Assembly (NCBI GenBank): GCA_043228905.1
Contig: JBHGNT010000002.1
Location: 17,174,001-17,238,000, forward strand
Reading direction: 5' to 3'
From: Azolla caroliniana
Lineage: Eukaryota > Plantae > Polypodiophyta
Length of the DNA: 64,000 nt
The position numbers were made by a program, and so were the translations under genes. This document shows, one piece after another, positions 48,527-62,430 of this stretch (within the stretch, counting starts at the first letter, position 1; each line of letters starts with the position of its first letter). The notes under the pieces were generated by a model. That model had not been told where the DNA came from. It did not search any database and was given only the letters and a program-made list of their open reading frames with translations.

Positions 48527-50570
48527 TGTCATAGTGTACTTTGTACACTACATAAAATATGTGTGGAGTATCTGATTGACAAAGTATAAAGAAATAGGAG
48601 AAAATACTACAATAATTATGTTACATGCTTAGGGCAGGATTTGAACCCTGTAGCTCCATAATATTGATTTTAAGCCTTACCATTGTACTAGCACATTATG
48701 AGTTTTAAAGTTATAAATACTAAACTTTATTCCATGTAAATATTCTAGATAAATATGATAGAAAAAGTTATTCATGCATACACACTCGAGTTAAATGAAA
48801 CGGTGTGATAGAAAGCTAATCATGCACATGTAGTGTGCATGAACACTAGAGTTAGAAAAGGCATGATGCTTGCACTATATAAGGATGGGGGAGCAAATTG
48901 TGAAGGGTTTTTGTCGATTTTGGGTTTCCTAAATATTGATTATACTCGTGTGATTCACGATTTCCTATGTCTCTCTTCCAATCTATTGAAAGTTTGGGTT
49001 GATTTCTTGATATTCTTAATACTTATTATACTAATTCACTAAACTTGTGAAATTCACGAGATTCCTACCTTTCTCTTTCATATTGTTATTAGCCTTAAAC
49101 TTCCCCTCCTCCTGGTCCAAAGCCTCGGCGGTTTCCACCCGACTCACGTAACGATCCGACGTTGAGAGGCACGACATTAATTGGTGAACCAGACGTGAAA
49201 AACGGGTGGCAAGGAGATGGAGAATCAATAAGAGGCTAGCAACATGATGACAATGTTTGAGCGGATGCTACAAGAACAACGCGCGATGTCAGAGTTTGCA
49301 GCGGTAGTGGAGTGGCTCATGCAACGGAACATGCAATTTAACAGGAAGGATGTGTCATGTTATTTGTGGGACTACAAGGCAGAGATGTAATTATGCGACG
49401 ACTGCGGGAATACGCGTGGGAGAAACATCTAGAGCGAAGTTGTCTTTCTGGCCGAAAGTGCTAGAAATCTCCGAGAAAACCGACTCTGATGAGATCCGAA
49501 GCACTGCGGAAGGCATCCGAGAGGCTACGGGATGGGACTGCCCCGTAGACAAGAATAGCATTTACGCCCTATGCCAATTACATGAGATGTATGTAGATGA
49601 GAAACGACGACACACAGATGACGTGGCCGGATCATCGAAGACACTAGAGAGCTGGAATTCCGAAGGAAAAGGAAAAGGGAAAACGATTCCAACATTCAAA
49701 CTCACGTTGGATATCGAACAACATAAAGATCTAAAGAAGATGCTCGAAGAGAGAATCCTTGATAGTCGGGTGGAATTTTCTCTCCGGGAATTGCTCGGAA
49801 TAGCAAAGAAAGAGTTCCACGATCTCCTTGTGCACCTCGTGAAGAGAAAGAGGCAAGATACAGAAGAATTGAATGCCCCAAGGGTGAATGTGAATACCGT
49901 AATGAACGACACGGAAGTGGAGGATGAGATTCCAAACTGTCGCTACACCACGTCACACTCAACACCAGCCACTACGGAGACTCCGGTTTGAATTGGAAGC
50001 ATCAAAGAGCCTGCAGTTGCATTGATTGATCATGGATCAGAGATCAATCTGATGTCCAAGGAGTTGTACCCGAAGGGGAAGTGGCCTATTAACACCAAAC
50101 ATGGATGGAAGATCCAGCCAGCCACTAGAGCAACGAAAGACCTATTTGCGGCTTGTCCGGATGTGATGGTGAATATTAGAGATGTGGAGATTGACCAAAA
50201 TTTCTTTGTGCAAGATGAGATCTCACATTCCATGATACTTGGGCAACCCTTTATCACGGCTTCACGGATGGAAAAAGGTGCTCGATAGCGAGGCGGCTTT
50301 TGCACGGATTCGGAGCCAAAGCGGAGGGAAAACTGTCCAATTCCTAACTGTGTCATTGAATCACGAAAGGAACAAGAGAGATCTCTTGTCGCAAACAAAA
50401 ATGGATTTTTAAAGTGGATTGTCGCGGAGTGTGGAAGTGATAGTCCGTGAAGCCCTAATACCCTACATAGGAAGAAAAGTCTCGGAGCGAAACAAGTGCG
50501 AAACAGCCCAGATGGGGCATCTACATACATGGTCGTGACCGGAGAAATGAAGAAAAACTCCGGAAGATGC
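48527..50570 (+). mobile_element. truncated Gypsy: LTR 48527-49176, Trp PBS 49182-49198, internally deleted gag, protease
   Basis: TGTCA...CGACA; TGGTGAACCAGACGTGA; LEERILDSRVEFSLRELLGIAKKEF and IDHGSEINLMS match the element at 1-7210. Confidence 0.88.
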
Positions 50571-50579
50571 AGGTTGAGC

Positions 50580-51640
50580 TATGATCTACATCAATCATAG
50601 AAGAGGCTTCTTACTCATATCCTTTTCCGTTGTTGTCTTTGCACCTTTAGCCATATTTTTAAGGTTTGCAGATATCGAACAATACCCCATGCCCCCATGC
50701 GTACTTTGCGTGGAATAATAACATTTGAAAAACATGTTCTCGACAATCTTTTGAACTGGCTGTATGTGACATATTTATCACTTGATAATAGAATTTCTGA
50801 TCGATAGACATCATAAACTTCCAGACGTGTGTAATTATCAGAGAGGTGCATCCTGCTTGTAGTAAGCATTACTTCACAATTGAACTTGAAGTAAATTTTC
50901 ATCCAACCAATAACATGTCTTCAAGTTACACCTTTTATGCTTGGAACATCTTTACAATTGACAGTGTGATCCCCACTAAGAAGACGTTGTTGTACTCTAT
51001 GTAGCCACATGTTACTAACACATAGCGCAATTTTGAATGCCACTCTACCTATTTGCTGTGGATGAAAGTTATAATACTCGAATGATACTTTGATCCCCGA
51101 AGAGTTGTCAGACACCAATTGCATATGTGAGCCAAGGTAAGTTTCTAGCTCATCACCAGTCATCGAAAAATAGTAGCGCCTTAATTCACGCAACTTTGCC
51201 TTTCCAATCATAGACATAGTGCCACAGACACAACATGTTTTGTTGACATCAAATGTAAGTTGTTTATCTGATGTTTACAAGTTAAATCTTGCATGACGTA
51301 TTCTACGTGGGATTCTCCTAATTTGCATAGGGCTTGCTGATTGCTTTTCTTGACTAGAAATAGGTGTAACCACATTAGAGAGAATTATGTTGTTGTTAGC
51401 TTGAGCCCCCATGATCTTCGATGTTTCATTGGCATTATCTTTATTGTAGTCATATTCTTCGATAGAGAACTCTTCACATGAGTCGTTATCCACAGGAGGT
51501 ATAGGAGAAGATGAGCGCAATGAATATTCTTCGACAAAAACTGATGCTTTTGTTGACAAACAATACTATTCAAGCGAAAACGATGATTCTGTCGAGAAAC
51601 AATACTCTTCAACCAAAAACGGTGAGTTTGCATGTGAAAC
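50580..51640 (-). pseudogene. second Sola-like transposase, 5' part, decayed
   Basis: MKIYFKFNCEVMLTTSRMHLSDNYT...NVIIPRKVRMG aligns with the 8456 ORF. Shared N-terminal FSIEEY motif. Confidence 0.75.
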
Positions 51641-51849
51641 AGATCTCTCTAAATCATGTGCTTAGGCTAATATAAGAGATTGAAACAAATGATAAGTGCC
51701 TCTATATATACATAAGCTCCCTCATTCTAATGTCCAATAAAAAAGGATATTATTATTATATAAAATATATTTTATACATTATATTAATATATGTATACAC
51801 TAGTCATTATCATATACATAAATTTTAATCTATACAATATTATTGTTTA

Positions 51850-52190
51850 TAACTCAAAATGTGTATTATATAAAAAATCTATTTGTATTTGTATACATAT
51901 AGTCTATATTCAAAATCATTGGAGAGTCATAAATATGTAAGTGTAGTCTCAATCATTTGTTCATTAATGAAGATTATAATCATTTAAAAGACCCATTCCC
52001 CACGTCTAAATAAAATTGTTATTCTCAAAATGTGTATTACATAAAAAATATATTTGTATTTGTATAGATATAGTATATATTCAAAATCATTAGAGAGACA
52101 TAAATATGTAAGTCTAACCTCAATCATTTGTTCATTAATGAAGATAATAATGATTTAAAAATTACATTCCCCACGTGTGAATAGAATTCC
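51850..52190. repeat. ~170-bp AT-rich tandem duplication
   Basis: CTCAAAATGTGTATTA...CATTCCCCACGT occurs twice. Confidence 0.8.
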
Positions 52191-52628
52191 TATTCCCCAT
52201 GTGAGAAAGAGGGAAGTATATTAATTTTCACCTTTATTTATTTCCCTTCAATCATAATCATTTATTGCTAATCATAATCAAACTATTATGTACTAATATA
52301 GTCAATAATGTCCAATTATTGTTGGCTTATTATTCCATGCATTAAGTACAACTACGATGTAATTACTATCACCAATAATTGTTAATCACATATTTAATTC
52401 TAACTATAACTATAGCTACCATAGAGTACCTAACTCACTAACTTTTAACTAACCTATAACTAACTTGGAGTACCTATGTCAGTAACTTTGAACTAAACAA
52501 AGAGTAATAACAACTATCTAACCTAGGGGAACTAACTTGGATGTAGCCAAACTATGGTTAAAGTAACCATAGGTACTTTAACCACGGTTTTAACGCCCTA
52601 TAAATAGGAGGACCTCCTCATTTTACGG

Positions 52629-55308
52629 TGTCGTGAAGATTTTCGGCAATGGTGTGAAAATCACACTGTCAATAATATAAAACAATAATAGTGAAAATCA
52701 CACTGTAAGTTTAATATCTTAGTACAAAAGACGAAGATCTTGAAGAGATGCACTTTACTACATAAGAAACGAACATCTAAGTGTCAACTTATGTGGGTAA
52801 GAAGTTGTGAAAGAAAAAGAGAAAATTGTGAGGTATCCCACATAGACAAGACGAATAAGGCTCTCACCATATATAAGAGTGGAGGTGGCCTAGTCACTCG
52901 TAAGGGTTTTGGCCAACCAAAATCGGACCAACGATGGGGCCGGTGATCCGGCGGCAGCACACCGGCAACCGGTGATTCGGCGAAACCGACATCCGACGGA
53001 GCCGGCGAGGTGGCGGCAGCCACCACTAAACGGTGCCTCGAGAGTGTACGATGAATTCGATTAGATGTTTAGTCGTCTCCCCAACACGGACCAAGTGTTG
53101 CTTGAAGAGGACAAGACTTTGTACTTCCTGAAGGCCGTGGACATGAAGGATAGACGGGAGTTGGGAACTCTTCTCGAAGATGATACCCAAGCGAATGGGC
53201 TTGTGGCGAACTGGGTTGCGGTGAAGCAAGCATGCAACAAGATCGATAGACGTCGTCGATGGCTTGATGGTATTGACTTGGCACCCATCCAAAGAAGTAG
53301 AGACGCTTAAACAACGCATGCAACATGAAAAGAAGATTGATGATGAGTCGAGGATGATGACGACCATTTCAAAGGAGGAAAAATGTTTCAGAACATGCGT
53401 CGTGTTCGAAACAAAGAATGATGAAGGAGCAAGCCTAATCGAAGCTTGCATTAAAGGAGATAAAGAGTGCGAGATCAACATGATTGAGGATCTAGCCACT
53501 AAAATCGAGGAGGTGGCTATGAGCAAGGCAACAAGAGTCGACAACGACCATGGTGAGATTTTCTCCGCACCCATACTAGAGACTTGGGCAGTTGTGTCCG
53601 CTAACCAACGTGAGACCCAAGAGACGGGAGGTGACGGTGAAGAACCAAAGGTCGAAGCTAAAGAGAGAAGGATAATCGAAGCTTGTTCGATCAAGAGAGT
53701 CAATGGGTGCGAGGCCCATGAGATTGAAGAGATAGCCATGAAAAACGACATCGAGTCGGAGAGGGCTATGAACGAGTCAATGGCGATTGGTCCTGTTGAG
53801 ACTTTCCCGCAACTAACTCCAGAGACTTCGGTGGTTGCGATCGAAAGGCAACGTGAGACCGAAGAGACGGAAGATAGAGGAGAGATAACAAAGGTCAAAG
53901 CCGATGTATATGATAAAGAGATAGCCGAGAAGGAGGCTATGGACGAAACGATGGAGGAAGGTAATACTAAGGAATCCGACCCACTAACTCTAGAGACTTC
54001 GGCGGTTGTGTCCGAGAACCAACGTGAGACCGGAGAGACGGATGGTGGCAAAAAGGAAGAGAAGGACAAAGATAGTACAGACAATGATGACGGCCAAATT
54101 TCCTCCACACTCTTTCTAGAGACTTGGGCAATTGCGTCCGAGAACTGATGTAAGACCCAAGAGACGGGAGGTGATGGCGAAGAACCGAAGGCCGAAACTA
54201 ATACATGCGGCAAAAGACGGAAGCTGGCGGCTAGGAAGCAAAGGTCAATGCTGATTCACGCAACGACGGCAACGAAGCAAAGATGAATGCTGATGCAAGA
54301 AACATTAAGATGGAAATGGCTAAGTGCGACATGAAAAAGGCAAACGACGGAAATGTATGGGTCCCTCCACACTCTTTTCGGAGACTTGGGCATTAACCGA
54401 TGTAAGACCCAAGAGAAGGATAGTGACAGGGAAGAAGTAAGGTTTAAAGCTGATGCGTGCAACGAAGAATTTGCGCAAAATATGGCAAGGGATGGCGATG
54501 GCCAAGCGAGCCATGAGGATTTGACGGATGTGATCAAGACATCTATCAAAGACACTATTGTGAATGAGTCCAAGTGCCTTGAGCAAGGAGACGATCGAGA
54601 CAAAGGCAGAACATTTATGAGACTTAAACGATTATCCTCAGGAACGGAGCAAGGGGCCATGACAACAAGTCATGGTAAAACAAAGAAAAGACGAATGATA
54701 TGGTGGATTGGCTGGCAACCATGATTCGACTACAAAGGAAAGGACATGCTCGACGTGGAGTAGTCATGCTGATCACCATTGCCGAAATCTCACTTTCTCT
54801 CTTCTTGGCACGTACCGGAGGACGTGTGGTTTGGTGGGGATGGATGTCGTGAAGATTTTCAGCAATGGTGTGAAAATCACATAAGACGTACGAAATCAAG
54901 TGTCAATAATATAAAACAATAATAGTGAATATACTAATTCTAAGTAAGTTTAATATCTTAGTACAAAAGACGAAGATCTTGAAGAGATACACTTTACTAC
55001 ATAAGAAACAGACATCTAAGTGTCAACTTATGTGGGTAAGAAGTTGCGAAAGAAAAAGAGAAAATTGTGAGGTATCCCACATAGACAGGACGAATAAGGC
55101 TCTCACCATATATAAGGTGGAGCAAAAATTATTGTCTTTGTGTCTATGTGTCGAGCATAGAGAGTTCAAGGTAACTTGAACTAAGAGTGGAGGTGGCCTA
55201 ACCACTCGTAAAGGTTTTGGCCAACCAAAACCGGACCGGCAATGGAGCCGGTGATTCGGCGGCAGCACATCGACAATCGGTGATTTGGCAGCATCCGGCG
55301 ACCGGACA
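52629..55308 (+). mobile_element. non-autonomous Gypsy-derived LTR element (TR-GAG-like); LTRs 52629-~52990 and 54845-55308
   Basis: Direct repeats starting TGTCGTGAAG, PPT TGGTGGGGATGGA before the 3' LTR, gag fragment, no pol. PBS lost by deletion; TSD not matched. Confidence 0.78.
53040..54770 (+). pseudogene. Gag fragment followed by Glu-rich repetitive protein
   Basis: FSRLPNTDQVLL...FLKAVD...WVAVKQAC resembles the Gag at 1692-3095. Five copies of an ETxAVVSxNQRETxET-like repeat at ~53578, 53821, 53992, 54118 and 54380. Confidence 0.65.
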
Positions 55309-55309
55309 G

Positions 55310-55985
55310 ATATATAAATAAATGAATAAATATATGTATACACATGTATATATACACAAGGATTGCAAGTGTGGATTTGAACATTGCACCTCCAAGTTGA
55401 GAGTCTATAGGCTTTCCACTAAGCCAAGACAATTTCTTGAAATAATATTTTTATCATTGTAACTTTACATGTAAATTCTCATACATGAGACCTAAAATTA
55501 GTGACGTGGTTATCATGCACCACATGTAATACATGGGCGCCAAATGGCAAACATGCATTTTATGCATCTCTTGAACCCTCAAATGCATGAGGGCATCTAT
55601 AAAAGAGGGGATTCTTATAAAAAAAGGGTTTTTTTTTTGGGGGGGGGGAAAAAGAAAGCTTTGTACTTTAAATCAAAAATTAATATTAAGAAGAAAATTT
55701 GTTATCCTTTTGATGATATACCTTGTTCTTGAAATCTAAAGTCAAGAGTTCTTAATCTCTCTCTCAATCTAAAATCAAGCATTCTATCTTATCTCAATCT
55801 CTCTCTTGGCCATATCAATCTTTCTCAATCTAAGTCAAGCGTTTAATCTTAATCTCCTTTTCTCTCTCAATCTATCCTAAATACTTTCTCGCTAAGCTTG
55901 GTGTGAACTTCGATCCTTCCGGTTCAGAATCCTGGCGGTTCCGTTCCGCCTCACGATCCGCGCCTAGTGACGGATCTTCATGACA
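55310..55985 (+). repeat. possible LTR remnant with antisense tRNA-like segment
   Basis: A/B boxes on minus at ~55373-55427, CTATAAAAG at ~55597, CT-rich tract, ending ...CGATCC...TGACA. Same layout as the 39024 and 48527 LTRs. Confidence 0.4.
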
Positions 55986-57039
55986 ACGGAGGTCACAAGC
56001 ATAATAGAGCACTCAGAGGACTCAGCCAAGAAGCACACGCAGCATCACCAACACTGGAGCATGCGAGCAACTCCCTGTTACCAGCAAGCACTATCATCAT
56101 GTCTTCGAAGAAGATTGAGCGCACAGACTCCATATAGGATACGAACTATACGAACATTTCAGTTTCTCCTCCCTTTTTACCATTATAGACTGTTAACATG
56201 GTCGTGATTTAAACAGGAAGTCGGTACGATGTATTGAGTTCCTGTTTAAAGTAGGGCTTTTAAATAGGTCTTTTGAGAATCTTTCAAACCGTCCGGTGAA
56301 GAGAATTAAGCTAAAATATCAAAACTCACTGTTGCAGAACCCAAAACAACCAGTTGCACATAATGTGAAAAGGGGAAAGAAACTACTTTTTCATGAGGAC
56401 AATATGGAACAACCATCTGACGAAGTTAGTCAAAAGAAGATGGTTGCAGCAATTGGTGCGGAGGACCTACGTGACCGTGATTTGACATACAACGAGTGGT
56501 GCATCCAATATGTCAACTCGAAAAAGAAAGTTGTCCTATTTATCACAAAAAAGAAAGGGGGCATTCAACTTAATAAAGAGAAACACTTATGGTCGATTGT
56601 TGCGCCTTGACTACGAAGATGTCGATTCCCTCAATCTTATCGTAATGGTGGACTGCTCGAAGGGAGTCCGAAAAATGTTTCTATCTGAAGATTGGGTTGT
56701 TAAGGATTCATGTGGTGCCAAATCTTTTAAAGTCGCCATCAAGACTTCACAAAAGGGTCGAAGCATGCTACGGTGTACCAACTTTTGGCCAAAAATTTAG
56801 TACTAAATCGAGGAAGAAAATAAACATTAAAAATTGAAAATAAAACAATTATCATCTATTGAATGGTGTTCAATTTCAAATAACAAATTCATTACGTCAC
56901 ACTCAAATGTACAAAGATAATATACGTCACACTTGAAATGTCCCAAAGCCGTATTTAATACATTAATTGTAACTTCATTCTCCTTGGTAGAGTTGTACGA
57001 AAGCACACCTGGAGAAGGTTTGGAATGTGATAGTTGGTC

Positions 57040-60000
57040 AGTCTCAGTCTCAGTCTCTCTCAATCTCTATCTCTCTCTCTCTCTCTTCTGTCTCGAAGTT
57101 GTCACACAGACAGAGGCAGAAAGTTAGAAAGACGACACATATCTATTACCTATCTCTCTCTTTCTCTCTCTCACTCCACCTTCGAATCTCTATTTCTTTC
57201 TTTCTTTCAGTTTCTCTCTCTCACTCCACCTTCGATTCTTTGTTTCCCCGCTTAGTTGTTGTTGTGTTCCTCTCTGTGCCAGGTTCGATCTCTGTCTCTA
57301 TATATGCAGAGATTTCTGTTTCCCCAGATTGATGTTCTTGTTGTTGATTTTCTTTCCTTGTGTATGCTCGTTTGTCTCCTCTGTTAATGCTCGTTTGTCT
57401 CCTCTGCAGTAGCCTCGTCAATAACCTCTCACATATAGGTGATTTTGAAGGCTTGGTGTGTTCCGAAGGTGTGGTACCTTTGCCTTCGACCTTGGCTCCA
57501 TCTGCCTCCAACTGGTATGTTATCGTTTTCTCTGTGTTTCCTGTCCGTCTATTTTTAATTTGTATGTGTATGGGCATTTTTAGGTTTTGATTAGACTGGT
57601 ATGTTTTCATTTTCCCTGTGTTTCTTGTCTGTCTGTTTTTAATTTGTATGTGTTTGACATGGATGAGTTTTCTTCCAACTGTTTAGGGTGGTTGTGTGTT
57701 TGACATGGTTTGTACATGCAACTTAGATGGAGTTGGCTATGATGAGTTGGTATGTTTTCGTTTTCTCTGTGTTTCCTGTCTGTCTGTTTTTAATTTGTAT
57801 GTGTTAGACATGGATGAGTTTTCTTCCGACTATTTAGGGTTTTTGAGTGTTTGAGATGGCTTGTACATGCAATGTGATGATTTGCTATGTGTTGATGGTA
57901 ATTTGATGAGTTTTATTCTAGTACATGCATATTCAGTACATGCATATTCATTCAACGAGAATAGTGATGACTAGGACAATGACGAGAAGGACACCCATAA
58001 AGAAGACATTGATGAAAGAGAAAGTGAAGACATCATTGAAGGAAGGAAAAAGGACACCTATCAAAGAAAGCAAGAAGACACCCACAAGAGAAAGGGTGAT
58101 GAATTCATCAACACAGAGAAAGAAGATGTACCACTCCATCATTCGAGACACACCTCTCGGATGGAGTTATTTCCTTCGAGCATGACCTGAAGTTTATCCT
58201 GCGCTGAGAGAGTGGTTGATAAAAACCTGGGGGTCAGCACATCCCGATACAAGGCGAGGATTCCACATAAGTGGATTGAAGAGGGAATATGTGAACTTAT
58301 TGAAGACGAGATTGGGAAGATTTTAATCGGCACCGGTCAGAACATTATAAAGGGTCCTCCAGTACCAACACTGGCTTGAAGTCATCGGGAACCTCTCATG
58401 TGGATATTCCGGCTACAACACATGTCCACCAAGTTCAATCTCCAAAGGTACGGGCCACAATGACTGAAAAGAATGAACAGATGATGGCCAGTTGCATAGC
58501 TTCTATGAGCTCAAGAATACAAGCACTACTTGCTGATTTGGAAGCAGTTAAATCAGCTAAGATACAAGTAGAAAAGAAATTCTCTTCAATAAAGACTACA
58601 TATGAATGGATTGCATCGACAATCCAAAATTCAGAAAGTGAGGGGATGAAAGAGGAGTTGAAGAAAGAGGTACACAATATGGGCACTCAATTAGGTTCAC
58701 AGATGAGAGACCTTGATACTTGCAGGAATGCACATTCTGAAATAGATAATAAGTTGTCAGCTTTAAAGTTGCATTCCGAGAACCTTGCGTGCTTGATGTA
58801 GAATTTAAAACAAAAAGGTTTTGAAACTTTGTGTCCATCTGTAATTGAGCACCCAAGTGGTATGGAAAGTACCATTACTAGTATAGCTATATCATGGTAT
58901 TGGCTTTAAAAGTTATTTATTTCTACTTTTGTGGTATAAATATCATATTAGCTAATATATTATAACTTGTGTTTGCAATCTGCCAGGTGTATATTTTGTG
59001 GCCTCGGATTCAAGCTAGAGGCTATGGATGTTGTGATTACACCGTGCTTGCACACATATCATGTGTTATGTGCTAAGTATCATTTTGAGAAAGAGAATAC
59101 ATGTATGGACTGTAAAACTACAATTGCAACTGAGTGGTACTATGCTTGGGGTTTAAAAGTACACCCGTACGGTATGTGGCTCTACTATTCTATTGTTTGT
59201 ATTATATGATGTCAATTTACATTTGGATTTGAACTAGTGTACCCCACAATTCATACTTCAAATTTAGGAGAACAATGGATTAGTATTAGTGTATCTCTAA
59301 CAACTAATGTGTGGAACCCTAATTATGTGGGTTAGTATTGGCAGTACTCTTAATATATAATTGGTATGTGTAGTTGAAGGGATATTTTCCAGAATAAGTA
59401 CTAAAAGGGAACCAGGTACAACATCGTCCAATCTATATTGCAACTTGCCTAGTACTAGTTTAGTAGACACTATACTTGTAGTACACTGTTGACTGTTAGT
59501 ATTGTTTGTGTAGCTTGGGAATTAGTACTAGTTATGTAATTTGGGAACAAGGTGTATAGTAAATTACTGAATATTAGTATAGTTTGTGTAATTTGGAAAT
59601 GAGGTGTGTCAAACACATATCACGTTTAGTACTAATACTGTTCAAGATTAATATTGTTGGTGTATTTAGTACAAGTTATGTAATTAGGTGTGTAGAACAC
59701 ATATCACGTTTAGTATTACTTGTGTGCAAAATACCACGTTAGTACTAAAATCCAATCTACATTTGTTGGATTAGATGTTAGTCCAATCTATATTACAACG
59801 TGCCTAGTACAAGTGTTAGTACACACTATACTTGTACATTGTTGACGATTAGTACTTAGCGAGTAGTACATTGTTCATGATTAGTACTAGTTCTGTAAAT
59901 TGGGAACTAAGTGAGTACTAGTTTTGTAAATTGGGACTAAGTGAGTAGTACATTGCTCACGATTAGTACTAGTTTTGTAAATTGGGAACTAAGTGAGTAG

Positions 60001-62430
60001 TACATTGCTCATGATTAGTACTAGTTTTGTAAATTGGGAACTAAGTGAGTAGTACATTGCTCATGATTAGTACTAGTTTTGTAAATTGGGAACTAAGTGA
60101 GTAGTACATTGCTCATGATTAGTACTAGTTTTGTAATTTGGGAACTAACTGAGTAGTACATTGCTCATGATTAGTACTAGTTTTGTAATTTGGGAACTAA
60201 CTGAGTAGTACATTGTTCAGGATTAGTACTCCTTGTGTAATTTGGGAACTAAGTGAGTAGTGCATTGTGCATGATTAGTACTACTTGTGTAAATTGGGAA
60301 CTAAGTGAGCAGTACATTGTTCATTATTAGTACTACTTCTGTTCCTTATTAGTACTAGTTCAGTAATTTAGGAACTAAGTGAATAGTATATTGTCAGGAT
60401 TAGTACATTGTTCATGATTAGTACTCCTTGTGTAATTTGACTAAGTTAGTAGTACATTGTTCATGATTAGTACTACTTGTGTAACTTGGGAACTAAGTGA
60501 GTAGTACATTGTTCACGATTAGTACTAGTTGTGTAATATGGGAACTAGGTGTAGCTTAATGAATTAGTAATGCAGCTCTTGTGACCTACATTGTATATTT
60601 TATATCACGGTACTAACCTTGAAGGTTTTTTGGTTTCTTGCAATGAATGTTGTAGTGTCAAGCAACTCCACGCCAGGGAAGGTAATGGAACAACCGGTGC
60701 TTGTGCCTAAACCCTCGATATTTGCTGAACATTCCAAGGTTCAGGGACCATCATTACCAATAACCTATGAGTTTTATGATGAAGATGAATCTATGAGAAG
60801 GGCCATTGGAGCAGTGGAACATATGCTTCTACAAACAAATTCCCCAAGCTCTGGTCAACATCAAAACAATCCAGGTAACACAAATTTTGCCAACGTATCT
60901 TAATTCTCATTTGAGAAAGTGTTGAATGCCTAATTTCTTTAGAAATAGAGCCAACTAAGAAGAGGAATGCTACAAGAATGTTGTATGGAAAGGGCAAGAA
61001 AGGCAAATTTGAATGCAATGGTGAGTCATATATGTTCTCACCTATCCGGAGAGTTGTCAACCTAATGCATTGTCTAATACCATGTACTTGTGTTACTAAC
61101 AGATGACGAAATGATATTTGGTGAGGGAGATACGAGTCCAAAACCTGATCGTGAAGACGAATTATCACACTCCCAGGTACACGTCAAAAGCCGGTTTTTG
61201 AAAACAATGATTTAGATCATAACAACCCTGTGATAGTGTTTCTTTTGGTGCATTCTACAACCCTGTTGAGCACTTAGATGTTGTGGAGAAGATGACCGAG
61301 CCTACCACTTGAAATGGGGTATCTACGGCTGTACAGTATGACGATGTAACAATAGGTAAAAATGTGGCTCTTAACCCTACGTTCATTGTTGTTGGTATGT
61401 TTGCAAACTTTTGAGTATGTGAGTTGATACTAATATTCTTCGGAATCCCATTATTTAGGTTTACAAGAGCAGTCCAATTCCCAATTGCAATCAAATGAAT
61501 CGGGAACTATATGGAGCACAAGTGCAGAGTCAGATTTTGGGATTAACCTTTACATGGATGCAAACTCTGGAAGCACATCTTCCACACATGAGGACTATGA
61601 GAAAAACGAAGCATTCATATTTGAAGAGCAGCTGGCATGTACAAACAATAATTTGTCTAAAGAAGCCCATGAGGAGTGTGGAAAGAATATGGCAAGTACT
61701 GAAGAGAAGACTGATTGTACTGAGAATGTATCTGTAGTGTCTAAAGATTCCCATGAAGAGTGTGGAAAGAACATCGCTAGTACTGAAGACGAGCCTGATT
61801 GTACTGAGAATGTGCTAGTAGTGTCTAAAGAATCCCATGAGGATTGTGGAAAGAACATCGTTACTAATGAAGGGGAGCCTACTAGCATCACCCATGAGGA
61901 CTAGGCAATAAAGACCACCCAAGAAGGGGAGCACGGTTCTCTTAAGAATGAGGTGATAGCCACCGTACAAGAGGAGTTGACCCAAGAAGGAGAGCATAGT
62001 GGTCTTAAGAATGAGGTGACTATCACCAGCCAAGAGTTCGCTAGGAGTATTGTTGTAGCCCACATACAGGAGCCTAATTGTATTGAGACTGAGCATACTA
62101 GCAACAACATGAGTACCAAAACAACCCACATTTAGGAGATGAGTGATAATTTTTCTATCGACAGTACCTTTGTGGATGTGTGTACAAGCATTGCAGTTGC
62201 AGAAAACACAGTTGCTCTCTCAAGCTTGCCACTAGTACAAGGTGCCCGTGCATCCACGCCTGTCTCTGATGCCTCTGATGATGATGTGCCACTTAGTCAG
62301 CTGATACCTAAAGGCTTTAAGATAAAGAAGAATGTAAAATCAGAAAAAACTGGCACCAACAACAAGCGCATTACAAGATCAACCAAATTGCCCTCTAGTG
62401 CTAGATTGTCTTTCGATTGTACTTGAACTT
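57040..62430 (+). pseudogene. decayed multi-exon gene: acidic region, coiled coil, RING-H2 finger, acidic repetitive C-terminal region
   Basis: CT-rich leader, GTATG donors (57515, 58860, 59171), C3H2C3 motif CIFC...CLHTYHVLC...CMDC at ~58988-59113, several in-frame stops. Exon structure approximate and splice phases do not fully match. Confidence 0.55.
59860..60550. repeat. 52-bp tandem repeat (~13 units)
   Basis: TAGTACTAGTTTTGTAAATTGGGAACTAAGTGAGTAGTACATTGCTCATGAT at 59964, 60016, 60068 and onward. Confidence 0.92.

Noticed and set aside
53026-54213. 395-aa Ser-rich minus-strand ORF
   Set aside because: It is the antisense shadow of the Glu-rich plus-strand frame; the Gag homology is on plus.
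59860-60550. CRISPR-like appearance of the regular repeat
   Set aside because: Units are contiguous with no unique spacers, there are no cas genes, and the context is eukaryotic.
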